NCBI GenBank assembly: GCA_964456445.1
Contig: CAYWBI010000002.1
Location: 29,305-93,304 of the forward strand
Reading direction: 5' to 3'
From: an uncultured Calditrichaceae bacterium
Lineage (GTDB): Bacteria; Calditrichota; Calditrichia; Calditrichales; J004
Length of the DNA: 64,000 nt
Below are positions 31,016 to 39,369 of this stretch, piece after piece (within the stretch, counting starts at the first letter, position 1; each line of letters opens with the position of its first letter). The notes under the pieces are model-generated. The model was not told where the DNA came from, did no database searches, and saw only the letters and a list, made by a program, of their open reading frames with translations. A program made the translations under genes and the position numbers.

Positions 31016-32215
31016 CTATGCTTTTATTTTATCCAAAGCCTGGGACAGGTCATCAATAATATCTGAAACATCCTCGATTCCAACAGATAAACGGACCAGG
31101 CCTTCACTGATCCCAACCGCTTCAAGTTCTTCTTTTTTATACGTGGAATGGGTCATGGACGCGGGATGCTCTATAAGCGAATCCACATCACCGAGACTTA
31201 CCGCCAATGTGATCAGTTGAACGGAATCCATCAGTATTTCACCGCCTTTACGGCCACCCTTTACTTCGAAACTGATCATCCCACCAAAGCCGCTCATTTG
31301 ACTTTTGGCGAGTTCATGTTGTGGATGTGTTTTTAATCCTGGGTACATGACTTTGGTAACCTTCGGGTGAAATTGCAGATATTTTGCGATACGCAGGGCA
31401 TTGAACTGATGTTTTTCCATACGCACGGCCAGGGTTTTTAAACCACGGACCAAAAGCCAGGCATTCAATGGACTGATCACCCCGCCCATGTCGCGCAATA
31501 TGCTCATACGCAGATCGGCAATGTAGTCTTGTTTGCCAATGGCTACCCCTGCAACGGTGTCCCCATGGCCGCCGATATATTTTGTGGCAGAGTGAACAAC
31601 GATATCGGCTCCCAATTCAAGCGGTCGTTGAAAATAAGGGGTGGCAAATGTATTATCCACCACCAGGGGGATTTTGTGTTTTTGGGCAATTTTGGAGCAA
31701 GCCCGGATATCAATAATCGACATCGTCGGGTTTGCGGGCGTCTCTATGTAAATTAAACGTGTTTTTGAATTTATAGCTTTCTCGACATTTTCACAATGTG
31801 TGGCATCCAACTCATTCGGCAGAATATTGAATCGTGGCAGTGTTTCAGTGAAAAGTTGATGCGAACCGCCATAAAGTGTATCCGAAGAAATAAAATTATC
31901 GCCACTTTTACAAAGCGATAAAATTAGACTCGAAATTGCGGCCATCCCGGAACTAAACGCCAGTGCGGCTTCACCATTTTCAAGAAAGGCCATTTCTTTT
32001 TCAAACGCATTTTGAGTTGGATTGCTGATACGTGTATAGACATATCCTTCCCGTTCACCAAGGAAAATTTCCGCTCCGGCCCGGGCGCTATCAAAAGCAA
32101 AAGTGGATGTTTGATAAATCGGTTTTCCCACTGCGCCTGTTGCCGGATCGTATCCGCCGGAGCCATGGACGCACAATGTGGAAAATTTTAATTTTTTCAG
32201 ATCAATCTTCGACAT
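31016..32215 (-). CDS. Cys/Met-metabolism PLP-dependent enzyme, methionine gamma-lyase/cystathionine gamma-lyase-like
   Basis: 399 aa. YTRISNPT, the PLP lysine in HSATKYIGGHGD, and the C-terminal SLGDVDSLIEHPASMTHS...GLVRLSVGIED. It reads colinear with Pseudomonas MGL as I recall it, but has YGGSH where MGL has YGCTF. The exact activity is therefore uncertain. Confidence 0.9.
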   Translation of the reverse strand: MSKIDLKKLKFSTLCVHGSGGYDPATGAVGKPIYQTSTFAFDSARAGAEIFLGEREGYVYTRISNPTQNAFEKEMAFLENGEAALAFSSGMAAISSLILSLCKSGDNFISSDTLYGGSHQLFTETLPRFNILPNELDATHCENVEKAINSKTRLIYIETPANPTMSIIDIRACSKIAQKHKIPLVVDNTFATPYFQRPLELGADIVVHSATKYIGGHGDTVAGVAIGKQDYIADLRMSILRDMGGVISPLNAWLLVRGLKTLAVRMEKHQFNALRIAKYLQFHPKVTKVMYPGLKTHPQHELAKSQMSGFGGMISFEVKGGRKGGEILMDSVQLITLAVSLGDVDSLIEHPASMTHSTYKKEELEAVGISEGLVRLSVGIEDVSDIIDDLSQALDKIKA

Positions 32216-32252
32216 TTACCCTCCTGGACAAAAAATTGTAAACAGATGAATT

Positions 32253-32268
32253 TATGAAATTTTTCATA
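32253..32268. promoter_or_regulatory. Perfect 16-bp palindrome, a candidate operator between the PLP lyase and the divergent Rrf2 gene
   Basis: TATGAAA-TT-TTTCATA at 32253..32268, about 40 nt upstream of the lyase ATG (32215). A regulatory function is inferred only. Confidence 0.3.
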
Positions 32269-32389
32269 CAGAAAAAACAACATTCGGGGATATTTATTAC
32301 TCGTAAAGTTTAAGGAAATTAATAATTTTGAATTTAGTATTGAATAAAGCTTAAATTCATATTTAAATTTTTAAGATATAAGAGGATTC

Positions 32390-32819
32390 ATGCTTTCCAA
32401 TACGACCATCTATGCAATCCGGGCGCTCATTTATATTGCAGACAACACCCATGATGAGAGCGGGTATATACCAATAAATAAATTGGCAAAAGATATAAAT
32501 CTTTCTTTTCATTTTTTAACCAAAATCCTGCAAAAGCTGACCAAGGCAAATTATACTAATATCTTACCGGGGACCGAAGGGTGGCGTTGCCCTTGTCAAA
32601 CAACCCGAAGAAATTTCGGTATATGAAGTGGTAAGAATATTGGAGACCAAGGATATGTTTACCGAATGCATCCTCGGGCTGCCGGGTTGTGGTACCGAGG
32701 CCCCGTGTCCGTTTCATGAAGAGTGGACGCCGGTGCGTGAACAATTAAAAGAAACATTTGCTACAACAAATATACGCTATTTGGTGAAAAAACTGGAAAT
32801 GGGCAAGCGGCTCAGTTAG
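32390..32819 (+). pseudogene. Rrf2-family (Fe-S type) transcriptional regulator interrupted by a 1-nt frameshift
   Basis: ORF 32390..32626 gives the wHTH N-terminus (MLSNTTIYAIRALIYIA...LTKILQKLTKA). It then runs out of frame and stops. The frame starting at 32541 reads ..IILISYRGPKGGVALVKQPEEISVYEVVRILETKD...C-x6-C-x5-C...PFHEEW, which is the rest of an Rrf2 protein and continues as ORF 32628..32819. One extra A in the run at 32548..32550 would fuse both parts into a protein of about 142 aa. Confidence 0.8.
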
Positions 32820-32902
32820 GTAGAGTTATTGATAAACGAAAATTATTTTTCCGTTATTTACGGTTCATGTTCATAGCACGTTCTGTTCAATAGGCATAAA
32901 AG

Positions 32903-33271
32903 CTATTTTGGCCGGTGTTTACTTATTATTTTCAATATTGTGTTTCGGTCAAAAGGTTTATTGATCACATCGCCGGCGCCGAGGTCAAAGGCTTGTCTGG
33001 ATGCGCTCTCCTGTCCAAAAGCGGAAACAATTACTACAGGAGTCGAGACATTTCTTTTTTTTAATTCCGAGAGCAATGAAAGTCCATCCATTTCTGGCAT
33101 TTGGACATCGGTAAAAATTAAATCAAAATTTTGTGTTTCTGTATATTTTAATGCGGCACGGCCATTGCCTGCGCATTCTAGCAGAACATCCTGATTTTTC
33201 AAAAAAAGTTCAACCATCCGCCGCATATTTGGATCATCATCTACAAAAAGGATTGAAGTAGTTTTGGACAT
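32903..33271 (-). CDS. Single-domain response regulator (CheY-like receiver)
   Basis: 122 aa. ILFVDDD, the phospho-acceptor region DLIFTDVQMPEMDG, and a conserved K in INKPF. Confidence 0.9.
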   Translation of the reverse strand: MSKTTSILFVDDDPNMRRMVELFLKNQDVLLECAGNGRAALKYTETQNFDLIFTDVQMPEMDGLSLLSELKKRNVSTPVVIVSAFGQESASRQAFDLGAGDVINKPFDRNTILKIISKHRPK

Positions 33272-33370
33272 TGAGCGCCTGTTTGGGAATTTTGAGTTTG
33301 TTTGTTTTTGTCGTGCCGTGCCCTTATCCGGACGTTTTAAATGCTTACACCATTACAATTTTTTTAATTC

Positions 33371-33985
33371 TTACTCTACAAGTACTAAATTCTCAAGAAA
33401 ATGATTCAAGGCCATATAGAACTGCGCCAGCGGGAATCCGACAACGTTTGAATAACTTCCGTTAATTGAGTTGATGAGCATGGCGCCCTGCCCCTGTATG
33501 GCATACGCACCAGCCTTATCCAGCGGTTCTCCGGTATTTACGTATTCATCAATTTCCACATCGGATAAATCACGCATGGTCACCTCGGTACGGACAACTG
33601 ATACAAAATTTTTATTATATTTCAGCAAAAATAAACCAAAGCCTGTATAAACATGGTGCGTCCGACCGGACAAAAGTCGCAACATTCTGATTGCCTCGGT
33701 TTCATTATGGGGTTTGCCAAGAATTTCATTTTCGATGGCAACAACCGTATCCGCGGAAATAACGAGGTGATCGGGAAATTTATGGGCAATTTCCATCCCC
33801 TTTAAGTGTGTGGCCTTTTCAACGAATAACTCAGGCGATTTTTGATCTATGCTTTTTTCATCAATTGTAGAAGGCATAACCCGGAAGGTCAGCCCGACAT
33901 TGCGTAATAGCTCAAAACGTCGTGGTGAGCCGGAGGCGAGGATAACATCCAGATGCTCTAAGTTGGTGATTAAAGATACTATCAT
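33371..33985 (-). CDS. maf: Maf-like nucleoside triphosphate pyrophosphatase
   Basis: ILASGSPRRFELL is the signature motif, with YAIQG later in the sequence. The track start at 34084 runs 100 nt into the upstream gene. The ATG at 33985 (MIVSL...) forms an ATGA overlap with the UbiA-family stop. Confidence 0.9.
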   Translation of the reverse strand: MIVSLITNLEHLDVILASGSPRRFELLRNVGLTFRVMPSTIDEKSIDQKSPELFVEKATHLKGMEIAHKFPDHLVISADTVVAIENEILGKPHNETEAIRMLRLLSGRTHHVYTGFGLFLLKYNKNFVSVVRTEVTMRDLSDVEIDEYVNTGEPLDKAGAYAIQGQGAMLINSINGSYSNVVGFPLAQFYMALNHFLENLVLVE

Positions 33986-34812
33986 AATTTCCCCCCCGCG
34001 TAAACAGCTATCAGTCCAATTAACATATCGGTCTTTAATATCATACTCGCCAGACCCAGGGCGGCAGGAGTGCGAAAGTTCCATAAGTAAACAGCAAGAA
34101 CGATCAATACTGCTGCTACCCCCGGCACAACGACATAAATATAATAAATATTATAGATATTTTGCAGGAAAGGTAGAAATAAAAAGCAGATTAAAAGGAA
34201 AAAAACCACATTAATCAGGATTAGCGCGCGCCGGTTACCATATTTACCGGCAAATGTGATTGCCCCGTTTTGCACATCCCCGTTTACATCCTGCATATCT
34301 TTTAAAACTTCCCTTCCAAAATGAAAGAAAAAGGCAAATATAGCAGGATATAAGCCTGCCCGGATATCATTCACTGCCAAGGCGCCATAGAGGAAGGTAA
34401 TTGCTGAAATTAATGCAACACTCATATTTCCGATCAATACCATTTTTTTCCAATAGCGACTATAGAAATAGAGTGCAACAATGGCCAAGGCGGCAATAAT
34501 CTCCAGCATCGGCGGTAGCCACAAGCCAACCACCAGGGCTGTTGAGTTCAGGACATAATAATAGAGACGGGCCCGGTTTACCGTCATCCTACCGGCGGGC
34601 AAGATGCGTGAGGGACGGTTTATACGATCGATATCAAAATCAAAAATATCATTGATCACGTTTGCGCCGGCGGTGACAAAAGCGACGACAAGCATAGCCA
34701 ATGCGATCTGTGTCGAGAAATGATAATTAACCGAGAGGAAGGCGGCAATGAATACTGACAAAGCGGCAATCAGTGTGTTCAGAGGACGGATTATTTTTAG
34801 GTATGGGTACAT
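33982..34812 (-). CDS. UbiA-superfamily aromatic/lipid prenyltransferase, DGGGP-synthase-like subfamily (subfamily is tentative)
   Basis: 276 aa with about 8 TM segments. First Asp-rich motif NVINDIFDFDIDRINRPSRILPAG, and second motif KDMQDVNGDVQNG. Confidence 0.85.
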   Translation of the reverse strand: MYPYLKIIRPLNTLIAALSVFIAAFLSVNYHFSTQIALAMLVVAFVTAGANVINDIFDFDIDRINRPSRILPAGRMTVNRARLYYYVLNSTALVVGLWLPPMLEIIAALAIVALYFYSRYWKKMVLIGNMSVALISAITFLYGALAVNDIRAGLYPAIFAFFFHFGREVLKDMQDVNGDVQNGAITFAGKYGNRRALILINVVFFLLICFLFLPFLQNIYNIYYIYVVVPGVAAVLIVLAVYLWNFRTPAALGLASMILKTDMLIGLIAVYAGGKL

Positions 34813-35236
34813 GGGTTGAGCAGTCCGCAGGTTTTAATCACTCGGGTTAAGCTATAAATTTGTAAACAGGCAAGCTTGAAAAGCTTAAACCCACAATTAA
34901 CATTTCGGATCCAGCTTATCACACTTACAGAAGGTAAAATGCCCTTCAATGGCTGTTTTTAATGTGACTTTTAAATATAAGTAAAAAAAGTATATGATAG
35001 GTGAAAACTAGCCGGGGCGGATTGCCTGTACCGTAAAACGTGGGAATGCCAAAGCGATGGATACCATCACAGGAATGATGAAAAAGATCAACAATCTGTT
35101 TTTAATGTTGAGCAAATCCCCTGTCTCCGAGTACAAATCCGCTCCTTTCTCGCAATATTTCGTTGAACAGTGAATTGGCACAATCTTTGATTAATTCGTT
35201 TTTACCTAACCTTTCTAATTCAACAAGGAGCCTGCA

Positions 35237-36184
35237 ATGTGGCAATCGACACTGTACAAATACAGCTGGATGACTTCAGAGAAGTATATCCATTTTGATA
35301 AGGATTTATTCGTCTTTCTCACTAAGGAACTGGGACTGTCCTCCTATGTTCACGAAGATTTTAGAAAATGGGAGCTGTTTATCCATGACATGCTGTCGGT
35401 GGAAGGTATTCGTGCGCGAATCAGTCAATTGAAAAGAACCGATCCCGCTTCACTAAATAAAACACAAAAGGCCTGGCGGGCTGTTAGCGCCTATCAAACC
35501 GCTGCCGGGGCGGAACTACTGATGCGGGCTAACGCCCACATGCAAAAATATGCCCGGCCGCTAAAGGACAAGGTGATTGTCCTCGTACATTCTTTCTATC
35601 TGCAATGCGGTCTTATGCATAAAATCCGGGAAGGCAGCGCCGATCTTTGCCGTGAGCGTCAACGTGCCGTAACACGCTATAAATACAACACGCTCCGTGT
35701 GCTGCAAGAGGCCAAGAAACGGGGCTATTCCGTGGCATCTTTTTCCACCTTATATCATTATCCTTTTATCGATAGCTATCTAACGGAAAAGGGCTTAATC
35801 GACCTGTCAATCTTCAGCCTGTTTGATTATGGTTTCCCGGCCAACAAGATTGAATATGGAAAAATCGGGTTACTGGAAGGAAAATCGGTGTATGCGGGTG
35901 GGTGTTTTAACGGGGCTTGCCCTTCCACGGCAGTGATGAGCATTGAAGAGAATGTAGAATTAGAATCCTTAAAATGGGTGCCGGAGCTCATGCTGGAAAA
36001 CCCGCGCCATCAATTTCACACACAGAAATTATTGGGTCCTTATTGCGGGAAGTTGGAAACCAAGAAAATCCTGGGCAGTCGGCGGAACGGTTTTCCTTTG
36101 AGCGTACTTGGCAGGCCCCTATCAAGATACCTGGTGCCTCAGTCCGACATTATGCACCTGGATGATTTCTTCCCGGAGACTTAG
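35237..36184 (+). CDS. Hypothetical protein, 315 aa, no confident family assignment
   Basis: Long ORF with AAGGAG 7 nt upstream of the ATG. It is the only plus-strand gene between about 18 kb and 55 kb. The segment GKSVYAGGCFNGACPSTAV, preceded by KVIVLVHSF, loosely recalls the isochorismatase/cysteine-hydrolase pattern, but that is speculative. Confidence 0.6.
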   Translation: MWQSTLYKYSWMTSEKYIHFDKDLFVFLTKELGLSSYVHEDFRKWELFIHDMLSVEGIRARISQLKRTDPASLNKTQKAWRAVSAYQTAAGAELLMRANAHMQKYARPLKDKVIVLVHSFYLQCGLMHKIREGSADLCRERQRAVTRYKYNTLRVLQEAKKRGYSVASFSTLYHYPFIDSYLTEKGLIDLSIFSLFDYGFPANKIEYGKIGLLEGKSVYAGGCFNGACPSTAVMSIEENVELESLKWVPELMLENPRHQFHTQKLLGPYCGKLETKKILGSRRNGFPLSVLGRPLSRYLVPQSDIMHLDDFFPET

Positions 36185-37635
36185 TCCGTGCCCAGGTTTT
36201 TTAATTTTTCCATGAGCAGGGCGTTTACCTTACGCGGGTCGGCTTTGCCATGCGATAGACGCATGATGCCACCGACAAAAAATCCGATCAGCTTGGTTTT
36301 TCCCTGACGGTATAACTGCACCTCTTTGGGGTTCCCGGCCAAAACCTGATCGATCCAGCCTTCAAGCTCACCGGTATCCGATACCTGCGCCAGACCTTCT
36401 TCTTCGATGATCTGCCGGACAGACGCGGGGTTGTGCTGCATTATCTCAAACACTGTTTTAGCGGCGCTGCCGCTTATGGTTCCGGCGATTATGGCCTTCA
36501 ATAAATCAATAAGCCGGACGGGTGTAACCGCGATATTGTTAATGGCCGTTTTTTGTTCCTTTGAAAAACGAAGAACCTCGCCCATTACCCAGTTGCTTAT
36601 TAATTTATAGTTGGAAATGCTTTCAGCTACCTGTTCAAAATAATCGGCCGTTTCACGATTTCCCGTAAGCACTTCCGCGTCATAGGCAGGTAATTTGTAT
36701 TGAGATTCAAAACGGGCACGCCGATCATCCGGCAATTCCGGCAAATTTTCTTTTATAGTCTGCAACCAGGGCAAATCAATCATTACAGGAACCAGATCAG
36801 GGTCCGGAAAGTACCTGTAATCATGTGAATCTTCTTTGCCGCGCATCGGTTTGGCAATATTTTTTACCGGGTCCCACAACAAGGTTTGCTGCACAACCAA
36901 CTCACCATTTTCAAGCAAATCTTTCTGACGATTGATTTCAAAAGTCAAGGCCCGTTCGACATTGCGGATGGAATTCATGTTTTTCAGCTCAGCCTTGGTG
37001 CCAAGTGTTTCCTGGCCAATAGGGCGCAAGCTGATATTGGCGTCACAGCGCAGGCTGCCTTCTTCCATGTTGCCATCGCAAATCCCAAGATAGCGGACAA
37101 GTTGACGAATTTTACCAAGATAGCTCGCAGCCTCCCGGGGTGAACGCAGATCGGGTTCGCTTACAATCTCAATAAGCGGAACACCACAGCGATTTAGATC
37201 GATCAGGGTTTCGTTTTTACCCACAAAGCTCTCTTCATGGATTGATTTCCCGGCGTCTTCTTCCATATGAATCCGGGTAATACCGATCGTGCGGGCATCC
37301 GTATCACCGGTCTTGATTTCAATACTGCCATGTTCACAGATCGGCAATTCAAACTGAGATATTTGATACCCTTTTGGCAGGTCTGCATAAAAATAGTTTT
37401 TACGGGCAAAAATATTTGTCCGGTTTATTTGGCAATTGGTGGCCAGTCCCATGCGTATGGCATAGTCCACAACCTTTTTATTAAGAACCGGAAGACTGCC
37501 GGGCAGTCCAAGACAAACCGGACAAACCTGACTATTGGCCTCATTCCCAAACTGAGTGCTGCACCCGCAAAATATTTTTGTATTTGTAGATAACTGGGCA
37601 TGGACTTCCAACCCTATTACCACTTCGTATTCCAT
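36181..37635 (-). CDS. gatB: Asp/Glu-tRNA(Asn/Gln) amidotransferase subunit B
   Basis: 484 aa. EVVIGLEVHAQL, CPVCLGLPG and a C-terminal YqeY-like tail. Confidence 0.97.
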   Translation of the reverse strand: MEYEVVIGLEVHAQLSTNTKIFCGCSTQFGNEANSQVCPVCLGLPGSLPVLNKKVVDYAIRMGLATNCQINRTNIFARKNYFYADLPKGYQISQFELPICEHGSIEIKTGDTDARTIGITRIHMEEDAGKSIHEESFVGKNETLIDLNRCGVPLIEIVSEPDLRSPREAASYLGKIRQLVRYLGICDGNMEEGSLRCDANISLRPIGQETLGTKAELKNMNSIRNVERALTFEINRQKDLLENGELVVQQTLLWDPVKNIAKPMRGKEDSHDYRYFPDPDLVPVMIDLPWLQTIKENLPELPDDRRARFESQYKLPAYDAEVLTGNRETADYFEQVAESISNYKLISNWVMGEVLRFSKEQKTAINNIAVTPVRLIDLLKAIIAGTISGSAAKTVFEIMQHNPASVRQIIEEEGLAQVSDTGELEGWIDQVLAGNPKEVQLYRQGKTKLIGFFVGGIMRLSHGKADPRKVNALLMEKLKNLGTD

Positions 37636-37646
37636 GATGTTCCGGT

Positions 37647-39074
37647 TTAAAAATGAATATTATTATGAATAAACTGACTTAGTTTTAAAAGAAGGTCTTC
37701 TTCAAAGTCGTTGGCCTGTAGCTGCGCACCGATCGGCATTCCATCATTATCCGTTCCAACCGGTACACTGATGGCGCAATTCCCGGTTAAATTTGCAGAC
37801 ACCGTATAAACATCCGAAAGGTACATGGCAAGCGGGTCCGATTTTTTCTCATTGAGTTTAAATGCCGTGGACGGCGTAGTTGGCGAGAGAATAACATCGC
37901 ATTTTTTATAAGCCTGTTCAAAGTTTTGTTTTAGCAATCGTCTTACCTGCAGCGCCTTTTTATAGTAGGCGTCATAATAACCGGCGGAAAGCACATAAGT
38001 GCCCAGGATGATCCTTCGCTGTACTTCTTCGCCAAATCCGGCGCTGCGTGTTTGACCATACATATCGTTTAACGTTTTAGCTTCTTTTTCCCTCATGCCA
38101 AAACGTACACCATCAAAACGGGCCAGGTTGGACGATGCTTCCGCGGTGGCAATGATGTAATACATTGCAATGGCATAATCCGTCATGGGCAGTGAAACAT
38201 CTACAACTTCAGCGCCTGCTTTTTCCAGTCCGTTTACAAGCTCCATGATCCGTGTTTTGATAACCGGGTCCAAACCTGCCCCAAAATAATTCCCGGGGAT
38301 ACCAATTTTAATTCCTTTTATTTCATCGTTCAAAATACGGGTATAATCGGGTACCGGGTTCGTAGCAGATGTGGAATCCGCCGGATCATTGCCGGCGATA
38401 ACATTTAGGGTTTGGGCAATATCCAGGGGGCTGTTTGCAAGAATACCAATTTGATCGAGTGATGAGCCGAAGGCGATCAGCCCATAGCGTGATATCCGGC
38501 CATAGGTCGGCTTTAAGCCATAAACACCGGTAAAGGAAGCCGGTTGTCTAACAGAGCCTCCGGTATCGCTTCCAAGGGCTACATCGGCACAGCCAGATGC
38601 AACCGACACTGCGGAACCACCACTGGAACCACCAGGGACTTTTTCTCTATCCCATGGGTTCAGCACGGGCCCAAAGGCGGAGTTTTCATTGGATGAGCCC
38701 ATGGCAAACTCATCCATGTTTGTCTTGCCGATAAAAAGGGCATCCGCATTACGCAGCCTTTTGATAACCGTTGCATCATAGGGTGAAACAAAGGGCTGTA
38801 AAATTTTGCTTGCACAGCTGCTTGGGCGGCCCTTTATATTTATATTATCTTTAATGGCAAATACCTTGCCTGCCAAAGCCCCCACCGGTTTGCCTTCATC
38901 CAGACGCTGATCGATATCACGCGCGGCGTTTACCCCTTCACCGGTCATCAGATGAACAAAAGCGTTTAAATCAGACCGGGCGGATATCCGTTCCGTCAAA
39001 TCCCGGAAATGTGTTTCCACGGAAACTGGTGCAATTTCATTCTCCCCTGGAGTCGGGGTGCCGGTCCCACTCAT
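37647..39074 (-). CDS. gatA: Asp/Glu-tRNA(Asn/Gln) amidotransferase subunit A
   Basis: 475 aa with the amidase signature GGSSGGSAVSVA...GSDTGGSVRQPA. Its ATG overlaps the tatA stop as ATGA. Confidence 0.96.
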   Translation of the reverse strand: MSGTGTPTPGENEIAPVSVETHFRDLTERISARSDLNAFVHLMTGEGVNAARDIDQRLDEGKPVGALAGKVFAIKDNINIKGRPSSCASKILQPFVSPYDATVIKRLRNADALFIGKTNMDEFAMGSSNENSAFGPVLNPWDREKVPGGSSGGSAVSVASGCADVALGSDTGGSVRQPASFTGVYGLKPTYGRISRYGLIAFGSSLDQIGILANSPLDIAQTLNVIAGNDPADSTSATNPVPDYTRILNDEIKGIKIGIPGNYFGAGLDPVIKTRIMELVNGLEKAGAEVVDVSLPMTDYAIAMYYIIATAEASSNLARFDGVRFGMREKEAKTLNDMYGQTRSAGFGEEVQRRIILGTYVLSAGYYDAYYKKALQVRRLLKQNFEQAYKKCDVILSPTTPSTAFKLNEKKSDPLAMYLSDVYTVSANLTGNCAISVPVGTDNDGMPIGAQLQANDFEEDLLLKLSQFIHNNIHF

Positions 39075-39313
39075 TCGCTTTTAGCTTCTGTATTCTCAGG
39101 ATTAGCGCCATCCTTTTTTTCCGTTTTTGTTTTTGGCTGGGCATTCAGGTTATCCGTTAAATCCAGTTCGCTCTGAATTTCCTGAGTTGCACGCTTAAAT
39201 TCATTGATACCCTTTCCAAGGCCACGGGCCAGTTCGGGTAATTTTTTTGAACCAAAGACCAAAAGGATGATAAATAATATGACCAATAATTCGGTTGTTC
39301 CAATACCAAACAT
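39071..39313 (-). CDS. tatA: Twin-arginine translocase subunit TatA/E
   Basis: MFGIGTTELLVILFIILLVFGSKKLPELARGLGKGINEFK is canonical TatA. The track start at 39352 is upstream. The ATG at 39313 has AGGTG 6 nt upstream. Confidence 0.9.
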   Translation of the reverse strand: MFGIGTTELLVILFIILLVFGSKKLPELARGLGKGINEFKRATQEIQSELDLTDNLNAQPKTKTEKKDGANPENTEAKSE

Positions 39314-39369
39314 AATACACCTGCTTTTTAGAAATTTATATTTTAACGTCACATAAATATTTTAGTTCT

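Noticed and set aside
32216-32389. A possible SAM or other sulfur-metabolite riboswitch in the leader of the methionine/cystathionine gamma-lyase-like gene.
   Set aside because: The leader is short and very AT-rich. It lacks the GC-rich conserved helices of SAM-I/II riboswitches. A protein operator (the palindrome) is the more plausible explanation.
35057-35173. A 38-codon ORF upstream of the orphan gene, considered as a possible precursor peptide or leader peptide.
   Set aside because: It has no convincing SD, no Cys/Ser/Thr-rich core, no leader motif, and no modifying enzymes nearby. It is mentioned only as context for the orphan-gene finding, not called as a feature.
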